Shown piece after piece: positions 1-10,808 of a stretch of DNA of 64,000 nt. The translations under genes were made by a program, and so were the position numbers. The notes below the pieces were generated by a model, which did not search any database, was not told the origin of the DNA, and saw nothing but the letters and a program-made list of their open reading frames with translations. Where the stretch lies: contig JAANOX010000083.1 in NCBI GenBank assembly GCA_020184695.1, positions 416,870 through 480,869 on the forward strand. Direction: 5' to 3'. How positions within the stretch are numbered: the stretch's first letter is position 1; every line of letters starts with the position of its first letter. The stretch comes from Histomonas meleagridis 2922-C6/04-290x (Eukaryota > Protista > Parabasalia).

Positions 1-3
1 GAA

Positions 4-228
4 ATGATCAAACAGATTGTGGATGACATAATTAGTACAGAAGTAAGAAAGGAAACGCCTGAGATTAAAATTAGAGGGGATTCTCTTGATATTGGATTTA
101 TAAAATATGCAATAAAATTAAAATGCATGGAAAGAATTAAATATATTAAAGGAATAAATGATTCATTAATTAATGAATTTGATTATTATATAACAAAAAG
201 CTTAAATGTAATGTTTGACAAAATTTAG
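4..228 (+). CDS. Short ORF at window edge, possibly the 3' end of a larger gene; product unknown
   Basis: 74-aa ORF, no recognisable motif. Confidence 0.2.
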   Translation: MIKQIVDDIISTEVRKETPEIKIRGDSLDIGFIKYAIKLKCMERIKYIKGINDSLINEFDYYITKSLNVMFDKI

Positions 229-805
229 AAGTTAAGCTTGCAACAAATAAATAGCATCAAAAACGATCGTTTGACATCGAATAAAATGCAATCGTCTAAT
301 TTAAAAATCTAAAATAAATAGCTGACATTAACAGTAGTAGGGAGATACACTATACGCATAAAAGAATGAGACCTTCTTCGCAATGAAAATGTTATAGTAC
401 TTCCTTTTGTTTGCTTTGCAATGCTCCGCAAACAACGCAACCTTTCAAAATAAAAATGTTTTACTTTTAATATATAATCATTTGTTGTTTGATTATTCGG
501 AATGTTAAATTGGGTATCTTATGCAAGACAGTGTTCTATTAAACTTGAAAATAGTGAAAAAGGAAAAACAGTTGTTAATATTGCAAATTTAAACCTTCAT
601 GATTTGAATGGAAAACGTTTAAAGACATTAGTTGTTTTTTAAAAAAATGGAAATCGATTTTTTTTAGTTGGGTATTTTGGTTTATTTATTTTCAAGTAAT
701 GTTAAAGATAAAGAAACTTCAGCAAAACAAAATGGTTATTCAGAAAAAAATGGAAACTTTATTGGGGCACCCCTAAAAACAAGCAAAGGCTCTCAAAAAT
801 CGTTG

Positions 806-1540
806 ATGGACTCGGTCACATCCCAACGCGATACTTTTTACAGAGCAGCAAAACAAGAAGGATGGAGAGCACGATCAGCCTTTAAGTTGATTCAAGTTGC
901 TGATCATTTCCATCTTTTTGATAATGTAGTTAGAATTGTTGATCTATGTGCTGCGCCTGGGTCTTGGTCACAAGTATGCGCACAAAAACTTGAAGGAATT
1001 CCTGGAAGCAAAGTTGTAGCTGTTGACTTACAGCCAATGGCACCAATACCTGGAGTTATTCAAATACGTGGTGATATAACATCACCTGAAACAGCAGAAT
1101 CCGTAATTAATGCAATGGGAGGTGAAAAAGCGCAATTGGTTATCAGTGATGGAGCTCCAGATGTTACAGGACTTCATGACCTTGACGAGTATATGCAATC
1201 TCAACTTGTATTTGCAGCATTTAATATTGCATGTTTTATGCTTGAAGAAGGTGGAACATTCATGGCAAAAGTATTTACAGGAAGAGATATCCATGATTTG
1301 TTTTCTTCATTATCACCATTCTTTGAAACAGTAACAACAATGAAGCCAAGAGCTTCACGTGCAGCATCTTTGGAGTCCTTCATTGTTTGCCAAGGTTTCA
1401 AAATGCCACCCAATTATAAGCCTAAATTAGCAGCAGATCCTATGACAGAATTTGAGGCCGACCAGCCTCTTTGCCCTGCATTTGTTGCTTTTGGTGATCT
1501 TTCTGGTTTTGATAAGCATCCAGAGTCATTTGAATGGTAA
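806..1540 (+). CDS. TRM7: tRNA 2'-O-ribose methyltransferase, FtsJ/RrmJ family (Trm7/FTSJ1-like)
   Basis: RDTFYRAAKQEGWRARSAFKL, VDLCAAPGSWSQV, VAVDLQPMAPIPGV, DGAPDVTGLHDLDEY, KPRASRAASLESF; ATG at 806 preferred over the upstream TTG of the ORF track. Confidence 0.92.
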   Translation: MDSVTSQRDTFYRAAKQEGWRARSAFKLIQVADHFHLFDNVVRIVDLCAAPGSWSQVCAQKLEGIPGSKVVAVDLQPMAPIPGVIQIRGDITSPETAESVINAMGGEKAQLVISDGAPDVTGLHDLDEYMQSQLVFAAFNIACFMLEEGGTFMAKVFTGRDIHDLFSSLSPFFETVTTMKPRASRAASLESFIVCQGFKMPPNYKPKLAADPMTEFEADQPLCPAFVAFGDLSGFDKHPESFEW

Positions 1541-1709
1541 AACATAGATTCGCATAATTTTTTAACGATCAAAATTCATTGATTTCCTCAAAATTGAAGA
1601 GTTTATTCATTTACACCACCCCAAACTTGATGAGATTTAGTGAAGATACATAAGTTAAAAACCAAGTATAGAAAACTTACAATATTGAGAATCATTCACA
1701 TAAAAATGA

Positions 1710-2621
1710 TCAAACAGTTATTTTATTGAATGACTCATATTCAATGAAATGGGTTGAAACATGATTTAAACCTATTTTCCTTGAATTTAACAATATGCAT
1801 GCGTTAGAAGAAGCATCAATAGTTTCCATTAGAACATAAATATTTCCATCTCTTCCCAATTTAATTTGATCAATTACACCAATATTTGAAATGAAATCTT
1901 TCAACTCTTCTATGTCAGTGCAATCGGTTACAACAAATGCTCTTTCACATGCTCTCTTGAAAAATGGAGTTACAATTAATTCTCCATTTTTTGTTGGGAA
2001 TCCATTAAATGTACGATATGCAATTCTTGCTGCGGCTGTTGACCCAAAGAATATGATGTAAAACCTAAGGTCGCCAATGTGAGTAACTTTGATACATGTT
2101 ATTTGACCACACCTTGCGAAAAATTGATATAAATCTTTTTCTTCGCCATGAAAGTTTTGAACAAAAACGGGCGGTGTGGCTTGCTGTAATGGAAGGGATA
2201 TGTTGGAAAGCTTCTTGTTTGCACTCTTGATCAAGTACTTTAAAAAAGAATTTTCATTTGAAAATAATCTAACATAAATTGTTGCGCCATTAAATTGTTG
2301 ATGTTGAAGAGACTGAAGTTTTGAAGTTGTTATCTCTTCTGCTAGTTGGATCACAACAACACCGACTTTATTTTCATGCTGAAAATCTCTGAAAACAGAA
2401 ACATCCTCAATGCCTGTCTTGAGTATCTGCTCAATAAAACTGTATAATTCATAGGTAGAAAAGTCAATATACTTGTCAAAAGTAATCGAGAATAAATATC
2501 CTTGAACTTCTTTTAATGCCAACGAAACAGGTTTATTGTGAATTTGTGTTGCAGGATCTTGCCTTTGAAGAGTGTATCTAATTGTATCTTTCACATCTTC
2601 AACAACTTGGTTTGGGTCCAT
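1710..2621 (-). CDS. Multi-RRM-like RNA-binding protein
   Basis: VFVQNF..DLYQFFARCGQITCIKV..FYIIFFGS..AARIAYRTFNG and two further beta-alpha-beta segments resemble RRMs. Confidence 0.6.
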   Translation of the reverse strand: MDPNQVVEDVKDTIRYTLQRQDPATQIHNKPVSLALKEVQGYLFSITFDKYIDFSTYELYSFIEQILKTGIEDVSVFRDFQHENKVGVVVIQLAEEITTSKLQSLQHQQFNGATIYVRLFSNENSFLKYLIKSANKKLSNISLPLQQATPPVFVQNFHGEEKDLYQFFARCGQITCIKVTHIGDLRFYIIFFGSTAAARIAYRTFNGFPTKNGELIVTPFFKRACERAFVVTDCTDIEELKDFISNIGVIDQIKLGRDGNIYVLMETIDASSNACILLNSRKIGLNHVSTHFIEYESFNKITV

Positions 2622-2719
2622 TTAGGGAAACAGTTAGAGAACGTAAAATATTAACGATCAAAACCGCCGTTTGGAGAAAAAAAATATTTTTCATCAAAAA
2701 ACACAAAATTTAATAATAT

Positions 2720-3970
2720 TCACAAGTTTTCAGGAGACGCCAACATAGGTGTTTCAAGTTCCTCTCCACCTCCTTCAATCTTTGCTTCATCTCTTGAAGT
2801 CATCCATTTCTTCAAATGTATATAGACTTCCAATGCAATAATTACTACAACCAATACACCTACGACTGATAATGCTCCAATTACAAATGGATTTGTCTTT
2901 TTAGATAGTCTTTCCTTAACTTCAGCTTCTGATGCCGAGAATAATGTGCTTATTTGTATGTATGCATCTGATGGAGTTTTCTCAATGACTGGAATGTAAG
3001 CACAATTTTCATATTTATCTTCAGCTCTCTCACTTACTTCGAAAGCTGTATCTTGTAAATATGCTTGCACTTTACAACTGTTTGGGTGTTCTTTACAATA
3101 ACCACATTCAGAAGATGTTTGGATTGAATTTTCTTGACTTTTATCAAAGGCCGTGAAAAAAATAGAAATTTTGGTGGAACCAACAACTAATATATCATCT
3201 CCGTTTCCATTCAGACAACTATTTAATGTAAAACAACAGTTTTGGAAGTATAAATCATTTGCAGAAGTGGTATTAACATATGGATCAAAAAGTGACATTA
3301 TAGAACCGCCGCCAAATGCATTTGATGCGGTTTTGTTGTCGTAATTGCAACTGTTGTCATGAAATTGGGATGTGAAGAATTGGATGCTAGAATGGTTAAG
3401 CATGCAAGCGCCACCGGCTACTGATGAGGAACAATTTTTAAATAAAATAGAAATCATTATGACACTATATATGTGTGAAAGATAAATAGCACCGCCTGAA
3501 TAATCAGAGTGTGAATCTGTAAAGGAACATCGAGAGATCTGAAGAAATTTATTGACCGATTCTTGAGGTTCAGATTTCTCTGAATCCAAAGGATTATTTG
3601 TATACGTAGCAATTGAACCACCAAAAAGAAGTGCTGTGTTGTTTGTATAATTAGAATCTTCTGATACGTAGTCAGAAAGGAAAAGAGCAATAGCGCCACC
3701 AATTGTTGCATAATTTGATTCAAATCTACAATTGGTAGTTTTTAATTGTCCATTTTCAATTAAAATTGCTCCGCCAGAGGAGTTGTACAACCCATCTCCA
3801 AGAGAAATACAATTAATAAATGATGAATTATTAACAATTATGACTGAATTTTTAAACTTTCTATCATTATTGGGCCCAGTATAAGTAAAGCCATCCAAAA
3901 GACCTTCCTGATTGTTTGATGTATCAATTATATGAAAAGAGAACGCTAAAGCTTGGAAAAGTGGTAGCAT
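2720..3970 (-). CDS. Pmp-like (GGA[I/L/V] repeat) single-pass surface protein
   Basis: Repeated GGAI/GGSI/GGAC motifs with F..N spacing; signal-like MLPLFQALAFSF at ATG 3970 preceded by Inr-like TCACTT; TM FVIGALSVVGVLVVVIIALEVYI. Confidence 0.75.
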   Translation of the reverse strand: MLPLFQALAFSFHIIDTSNNQEGLLDGFTYTGPNNDRKFKNSVIIVNNSSFINCISLGDGLYNSSGGAILIENGQLKTTNCRFESNYATIGGAIALFLSDYVSEDSNYTNNTALLFGGSIATYTNNPLDSEKSEPQESVNKFLQISRCSFTDSHSDYSGGAIYLSHIYSVIMISILFKNCSSSVAGGACMLNHSSIQFFTSQFHDNSCNYDNKTASNAFGGGSIMSLFDPYVNTTSANDLYFQNCCFTLNSCLNGNGDDILVVGSTKISIFFTAFDKSQENSIQTSSECGYCKEHPNSCKVQAYLQDTAFEVSERAEDKYENCAYIPVIEKTPSDAYIQISTLFSASEAEVKERLSKKTNPFVIGALSVVGVLVVVIIALEVYIHLKKWMTSRDEAKIEGGGEELETPMLASPENL

Positions 3971-4266
3971 TTGGTTCAAAAAGTGACGTTTCTTATCGAC
4001 GCTGGAGCTGATCATAGACGAAGAAAACAGTGACAAATCTTTGTAATTCAATCGAAAATAAGGGCAAACACATCTTGAACATTTGGGTTTAGAAGCATTT
4101 TTCTGATGAATTTTATTATTAACATTTCTTATTGAAAGATTTTAAGTTTTAATATTAAAGCTTAATGGTTATGCACTGAAATTTCCGCTTTGACTTTAAC
4201 ATCACAAAAGAATCTTTTTCGAACAAACAAAACATAACTAGAAAAAACAAAAAAATGCATGTTTTT

Positions 4267-4707
4267 TTAGTTGATCATCTCGGCTCTTACAAAGTATTCG
4301 TCATTATTAGCAGAAACTATTGGTGGGTTCTTTCTTTGTAATAATGGTAATGGAGAATGTCTAAGTACGAAATTCAATATAAGGTAAACAATTGCAAAGA
4401 TCCAAAAGATGATTGCTTGTGCCAACCAAATACCATATTTTCCAAATAATAAAATTCCTATCAAAAAGAAAATGATTGCCTTTCCCCAAATCTTACATAT
4501 GAAATCAAAGTAACGGAATATTGAGAACACATATATTTCAGAGATAATAAGGAGTACGCATAAGAATAAAACTAATATAGCTATAACCATGATTTCAAAT
4601 AATCGATAATTTTCAATTATACGTACAAATGATATTATAGCGCCGAAAAGACCCAAAAGTATTGTTGTAATTTGTGAAACCAGAGCGATTATTGATTGCG
4701 GTATCAT
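4267..4707 (-). CDS. COPI-associated/TVP15-like four-TM Golgi protein
   Basis: 146 aa, four hydrophobic segments, YF.F...WGKA..F..IG pattern. Confidence 0.6.
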   Translation of the reverse strand: MIPQSIIALVSQITTILLGLFGAIISFVRIIENYRLFEIMVIAILVLFLCVLLIISEIYVFSIFRYFDFICKIWGKAIIFFLIGILLFGKYGIWLAQAIIFWIFAIVYLILNFVLRHSPLPLLQRKNPPIVSANNDEYFVRAEMIN

Positions 4708-5537
4708 TAACTTTTGTTAATTAACATTAAATTCAATAAAAAAGTTACTAACAGTAAACTTTATATAAAGTTTCATCCTATTGTATGAAAGAATTCTTTC
4801 GATATTATATGTGAAAATCTCAATGTTTTAAAAGTTTATTCCAGGCTTTCTTTGTTTTAAAATAAAAATTTGTTTCAAATCCATAATTTTTATATAAGGT
4901 ATTCTTCTTTTTATATTGACCGCCGATTAATTTTCGATACATGTCACTTTTTTATCCAAAAAATCGATTTGGAAAAGTGACGTTATTTATCGATTTTGTC
5001 TGGTATTTCTGAATCAAAAAAGAAGCCGTTATTGGAACCACATCCCCTCGTGTTTTGTAACGTTTATGATACTTTGAAACAGAAGTGATTAATTTCAACA
5101 GCGAAACAATGATATATTTATTAACTTTTTCATCAATGAAAGAGAAGGACGTCTTATTTTATCTTCTGGAAGGCTTCAAAAATTATTGAACACCACCGTT
5201 AATTTATCGATAAAACCGTAAATCGAATCGAATCGACAATCGAACAATAATACGGCTATTTATTGATAAAAGCAGACTATTTCATCGATTTTTATCGATT
5301 CCCAACCCTATTCTTTATTCATTTTATCACATTACATAAATTTGAGAAATTATACTCAGTATTTTTAATAAGCACCATGCCCACTCCGTTGGTTGGGTAA
5401 AATTGTAACGAGGAAAATGATAAAAAGTGTTAACACATTTTTGAATCTCATGAAGTCGAATTTATTCATCAAAACTTTTTCAATTATTTACACTGGCAAA
5501 AATTTGATGTTCTAATTAAAATAATCTCAAATTTTAT

Positions 5538-8500
5538 TTAATTAATTTTAGGATTTACAATTAGCTGAGGATTTGGTACTTCCTCGCCACATAACATACA
5601 TTTTTTATCTTGTTGCATCAAAGCAAAAGAACTTGGCATTCCACATTTTGGACATTCGCACCAATCTTCTCTTGTCATATGCATTCCAGTTGCAGCATCG
5701 AAAGGCAAACTTGTTTTACATTTTGTACAAACCAATTCTGAAATTGGTAAATCAAACCCGCAAACAGGGCATTTAGTTTTTTCTTCTTCAATTTCCGAAG
5801 TATCTTTTCTTCTTACAGTTGTTTGAATTTTTCGTAACATATCTTGTTTTAATTGACCTTCATATTCAGGCTGTAACAATTTTGTGGCTATTTTGAATGC
5901 GCTTTTCTTCATTCCAGCACGAGAACATTCGACCACTCCCATTACCAATAAGTTAACTGAATGTTTTGGGAATTTATTTACATATTCTGAAAGTCTTCTT
6001 AATAACAATGCTGTAATTACTTTATTCTTTTCTTTCATTGGCTTAATTAACAGATATGAATGAACAATCATTAAACTTTTCTTCATTTCAGCACTTACAT
6101 TATAATTATGTTTTTGTAATTGTTTCATTACGTCAAATAATAAATCACGAGAAGCTCTATATTCGCCATTAGCCCTTAAATCTTCTGATATTTGTATAGC
6201 TGTTTGTGAAGCTTCATCATATCTTTGCATTATAATGAACATTCGTAACAAATATCGTAAATCTTTGTTCTTGTCCCTAATATTCGCATTAAGGAAATCA
6301 AATAATTGTTCATAAATTTCACGATCTTTAATTCTTTCAGCTAAATCTAATGCTCCATCTAAAGCTTTATCAGAGCCATCTGATATATAACAATTTAATG
6401 CGCGCATTGGATTATTTGCTTTCTCAAAGAACTTCGCTGCTTGTATCATATCATTTCGATTACAAAAGTATGTTGCAATAGCTTCATATTGTTGTTGTGT
6501 ACCTGAATCACTAATTAAATCTGCAAACTCATCCATCTTATTATGTAATTCAGCTATCCGAAATGCGTCATCTGAACGATTTGCTCTTATCATGAATTCG
6601 ATTGCATATCTAAAGTTATTTAATTGGATACAATGTTCAGCTACTAAACGACATACTGAAATAATTGGATGTTCACGTGCTACATTTGCAGCTTTATCCA
6701 GATTTATTTTCAACAATACTCTAACTAATGATTCCCAATCATTACTTTTTTCAAATGCAGTTGCAGCTGATTCTAAATTACCAATACGTTCAAGTTGTAA
6801 TCCAATCGAACGTAATACTTTTGTATCAGTAACTTTAGGTATTAAATCAGTAGCACTTTTAATCTCATTAGCTCTAACGTAACATTGAGCTGCTAAATTA
6901 TATTCTCCAACTCTAACATATAATTGTGCTGCATGTGTAAATGCACTTAATTTCTCTAAGATATTTGCACATTCCGTAATAAGTTTCACATCTTTAATCT
7001 TAGCTAATTGTTGCATCCCTTGTTCAACTTTACCTGCTAATATTAAACATCGAATTATACCATCACGTGAAGAACGCGCATAAGGTTTACACCGAATTGA
7101 TTCCTTATATTGTTTGATGGCTAATGAATAATTACCAGTAAGTTCATTCTGGCGTGCAGAATCATGTGATAATTGGGGTATCCGTGATGGGTCAAGTGTT
7201 TCCGCAAGTTTTAATGCATAATCAAATTGTAATAATGACGCGCGCATATCAAGTGCCATTTGAGGTCTTGAAGATTCCAAAAAGTTCTTTTGCGCTGACC
7301 CGAAATCATTGTTCATCATCGATACATAACCTTTAAGAAATGAATATTCACGTTCTTTAACTATTGGCTGTAATACATTACGCATTGATGCATCACCACA
7401 TTGAGAAAATGCTTCTGACGCAATTTCAACACATAATGAATCTAACGATGATTGTCCGACTTTCTTTATGAGCTCTTTGTTATTAAGTTTAAGTGCTATT
7501 TGAAGCGCTTTACGATTTCGTTGAAGATTTAATAATTGAAGAACCGCTTTTTCACTTTCATTCTCTATTTCATTATGTGATGGCATTATTTGAGTTTGTT
7601 CATTTGATTGTGAATCTAAATATGTCAAATTACCATTAGACAAACAAAGTGCTGACTTCATTGATGAAATATTTGTATGTCCAATTTGTTTAAGTTGTGG
7701 TCCTAATACATTTTGATCAGTGAAATGATATATTGCGACACTTTTATTCCCAATTGTTACAAAGACATTTCGATCTGATATATCAAATAATGTCGTAGAG
7801 CAGTCAATTGTTTTACTTGTACCTGAAACCGATAATATCGTTGACTTAATAGGATTGAATAAGAATACGTTATTCTGAACATCGATAAACACAAATCGAG
7901 TTTCACTTAGATTGGCGGTTATGGAGGTTACCGATACGGGATGCTTATAACCGTCAACGAAAGATTCAGTTTGAATATTAAACATTCGAACTTTACCATC
8001 ATCAGTAGCAATTAATAACAAATATTCAGCAAGTGCAAAGGTTGTAACTTTAGTTTCAATATCAGAGTCAGGGAATATAAACGGTTTTTTCGACTGATCA
8101 AAATATGTTAACATAACTTTACCTGACATTAAGACTGCATATGCATTATCACTTATTTGAATGGAATCGACTGATGATGATAATTCAATGTTGGAAAGTA
8201 ATGACCCATTATTTATGTCATAAAACCAACATTGATTATTAAATGCAACGGCAAGTTTCGTTTGACATATCGCAAGTTTTTGTGGTTGCGTTTCAATTGT
8301 TATCTTCTTAGTTTTCTTTCGATGCATATCACTAATAATTAACGTAGTTAATGAATCAGAATAAACTGCTATTTGACATTTCGTGGCAGTAAGAATTGGG
8401 ACTTCAACTAAATAAATAAGTACTACACCACAACTAATACCAACAGCACCACATGTCCCATCAGGAGATAGTAAAACCGTTGTGACTTCACCGGTGAATT

Positions 8501-9407
8501 CACTAGGGAAACGAATTTGGTCATCTGTAATGTTTTTAGGATCTCCAAGATTAACTTGTTTCATTGATGAACCCGAGCAAATGAGTGCTTTAGAATGAAC
8601 GGCATCGGCTTTGTTTGTGATGGTTGTGAACACTTGTCGATCTGTAGCAATTTCACCATCAAATCCAACTAATGATAATTTGCCTGTTGAAAATTGGACA
8701 AAAATATAACCACTGCTAAGTGTAAGACACTTAATGATTGTTCCTAAATCTGTGTCAAAAGGAATTTCGGTAACTTTATTGTTACTATATTCCCAAATAT
8801 AAATCACTGGTTTGTTAGTTCCGGCAAATATCATATGCATTTGTTGGTCCATTCGAATGAAATGGGGAAATGCTGGCGTATCATTGATCTCATGACGTGC
8901 AATAACTTCACCACGAACTGAATTAATACTAACTGAATGGTCATCTGAACATAACGCAAGTTGTTTTTTGGTATTCCATATACCATCTGTAATTCTCCCG
9001 CAATGAGTTCCTTGATAAGTTTGAGCTTGTCCAGAATTCCGTTCCCATATCCAAAATTTCCCTTTATCAGAACCGGCAGCTAAATAAGATCCAGACCTAG
9101 AGAAAGAAATCCAAGTTGGTTCAAAAGGAGCTTCAACTTGATCGATTTCTCTTGTCATTAAGTTGAATAAAGTAATATCTGATATACCTTTTGAAGCAAT
9201 TGCAAGTGCTTTGTTATCAGAATCCCAACTCATTAGTTTGGGACTTTCGATTGGTACTGTCGAAAACTTTGATCCATTCCGATCATATATCAGAACTTGG
9301 TTCTTACTTCCAAAGCATGCAACCATTTTTGAGTCGCGACTCCAGCAGACTGTTGGCGATGAATTACGTCCTATTTCATTTTGATCTACTTTAAAAACGA
9401 GTTGCAT
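5538..9407 (-). CDS. IFT144: Intraflagellar transport protein 144 (WDR19), IFT-A
   Basis: N-terminal WD40 repeats, TPR-like alpha-solenoid, C-terminal CPVC..CTKC..LPF..ATG.HM...W.ECPKC zinc-ribbon tail; first ATG at 9407. Confidence 0.88.
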   Translation of the reverse strand: MQLVFKVDQNEIGRNSSPTVCWSRDSKMVACFGSKNQVLIYDRNGSKFSTVPIESPKLMSWDSDNKALAIASKGISDITLFNLMTREIDQVEAPFEPTWISFSRSGSYLAAGSDKGKFWIWERNSGQAQTYQGTHCGRITDGIWNTKKQLALCSDDHSVSINSVRGEVIARHEINDTPAFPHFIRMDQQMHMIFAGTNKPVIYIWEYSNNKVTEIPFDTDLGTIIKCLTLSSGYIFVQFSTGKLSLVGFDGEIATDRQVFTTITNKADAVHSKALICSGSSMKQVNLGDPKNITDDQIRFPSEFTGEVTTVLLSPDGTCGAVGISCGVVLIYLVEVPILTATKCQIAVYSDSLTTLIISDMHRKKTKKITIETQPQKLAICQTKLAVAFNNQCWFYDINNGSLLSNIELSSSVDSIQISDNAYAVLMSGKVMLTYFDQSKKPFIFPDSDIETKVTTFALAEYLLLIATDDGKVRMFNIQTESFVDGYKHPVSVTSITANLSETRFVFIDVQNNVFLFNPIKSTILSVSGTSKTIDCSTTLFDISDRNVFVTIGNKSVAIYHFTDQNVLGPQLKQIGHTNISSMKSALCLSNGNLTYLDSQSNEQTQIMPSHNEIENESEKAVLQLLNLQRNRKALQIALKLNNKELIKKVGQSSLDSLCVEIASEAFSQCGDASMRNVLQPIVKEREYSFLKGYVSMMNNDFGSAQKNFLESSRPQMALDMRASLLQFDYALKLAETLDPSRIPQLSHDSARQNELTGNYSLAIKQYKESIRCKPYARSSRDGIIRCLILAGKVEQGMQQLAKIKDVKLITECANILEKLSAFTHAAQLYVRVGEYNLAAQCYVRANEIKSATDLIPKVTDTKVLRSIGLQLERIGNLESAATAFEKSNDWESLVRVLLKINLDKAANVAREHPIISVCRLVAEHCIQLNNFRYAIEFMIRANRSDDAFRIAELHNKMDEFADLISDSGTQQQYEAIATYFCNRNDMIQAAKFFEKANNPMRALNCYISDGSDKALDGALDLAERIKDREIYEQLFDFLNANIRDKNKDLRYLLRMFIIMQRYDEASQTAIQISEDLRANGEYRASRDLLFDVMKQLQKHNYNVSAEMKKSLMIVHSYLLIKPMKEKNKVITALLLRRLSEYVNKFPKHSVNLLVMGVVECSRAGMKKSAFKIATKLLQPEYEGQLKQDMLRKIQTTVRRKDTSEIEEEKTKCPVCGFDLPISELVCTKCKTSLPFDAATGMHMTREDWCECPKCGMPSSFALMQQDKKCMLCGEEVPNPQLIVNPKIN

Positions 9408-9465
9408 GATAAATATACGTTTTTTTTTGACGAAAACAAAAACATTCAAATTATTTTGACTTATT

Positions 9466-10600
9466 TTACTTATGTTTGGATTTTTTATAAATTAATGCAT
9501 CATATGCAATACCATAATTATCTTCATAAGGTCTTTGTCGTTCTTTAATTTTGGACGGATATATTGGATGAATAATTTTCTCTTTATATGGGAATATGTC
9601 ACCATATTCTGAATCTAATTCATAATCTCCTGTACAGCCATAACAACAACAACCACAGTCACAGTAACATTTTCCTTGTTTCCACATATCACACAAAACA
9701 CCAATAATAAAAAATCCAACAACAGATCCAATTACACTACAAACAACAGTAATCGTCTTATTTTTACCATCACTCGTTCCTTCAGATTCTTGACAATCTT
9801 CTTGTCCTTTTTGCACGGTGAATTTTCCAAATTTATTCCCAATGACTATAATGTTATCATCAAATGCATCATCTGCAATAGTTGGCTCATACATATCCAT
9901 ATAATAAATACATCTTAATGAACTACATTGTGTAAACGCTTTTGAGTTAATATATGAAACATATTGAAGATTGACTGAGTATAATGATGTGCATAATTCA
10001 AACGCTGATTCGTGTATATTGTACTTTTTACGTTTGAGTGTAATATCTGTTAATTTTATACAACCATAACATGTGAATGCTGAAATAGCTTTAGTATATA
10101 AAGAAAAAGTAATCTCTGTTAAAGAAAGTGCACTCATAAAATGTATAATTTCCAAAATGAGTTACATCACTTAAATCAATTGATTGAAGACTTTTATAGT
10201 AACAAAAGCAATAATGATTAAATTTTTTTGTTTGCCTTCAATTTTAATTCTTTCAAGACTCTCGCATCCAAAAAATGCATAAGGACCTAATCCTGTACAA
10301 AAATATGGTATTTCAATTGATTTGATTCCGGTACAATAATAAAATGCATAATCATATATAGTAGTAATAGATGTAGACAATTCAATATCGGTCAATTTGT
10401 CCCAATGATAAAATGCTTTATTTCCAATAGCGTTAACACCTGAACCAATAATAAGCTCTGTAGTTGTTTCTTTATATGATTCGTAATCACCCTCTAAAAT
10501 ATATTCATCATTTTCAATTGTTAGAGTTTCACAAAATGAGTTTATAAGTAATATTACAAAAAATATGAAATGCAATTGAGGGGGTGGCAAAAATTAACAT
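9466..10600 (-). pseudogene. BspA-like (LRR_5) single-pass surface protein gene broken by three single-base frameshifts (pseudogene or assembly error)
   Basis: LRR units (IGNKAFYHWDKLTDIEL, IYDYAFYYCTGIKSIEI), TM ITVVCSVIGSVVGFFIIGVL, Cys-rich tail; shifts near 10588, 10228 and 10125 restore one frame from ATG 10600. Confidence 0.75.
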
Positions 10601-10808
10601 TCAAAATTAACCACATATTTCGCTTCATAAACTCGTTAAATTACCGGCCAAAATGAATTCAAACTTCAATATAACGATACATTTTTCAAAAGAGAACGTT
10701 ATAATTTTTTTGAGTTTATTTTATAAACTAAATAATGATTGAAGTATAAGCAAAGTTACGTGTTAAATCCCTAATAAAAATGAATATTCTTTATCATTGT
10801 ACAGTTTA

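Noticed and set aside
668-805. 46-aa N-terminal extension of TRM7 from a TTG start
   Set aside because: Eukaryotic gene; family similarity begins at ATG 806 and the upstream stretch looks like promoter
5215-5310. ATCGA-rich tract ending in CCCAACCCTA, resembling a transposon end
   Set aside because: No matching opposite TIR or TSD found by eye
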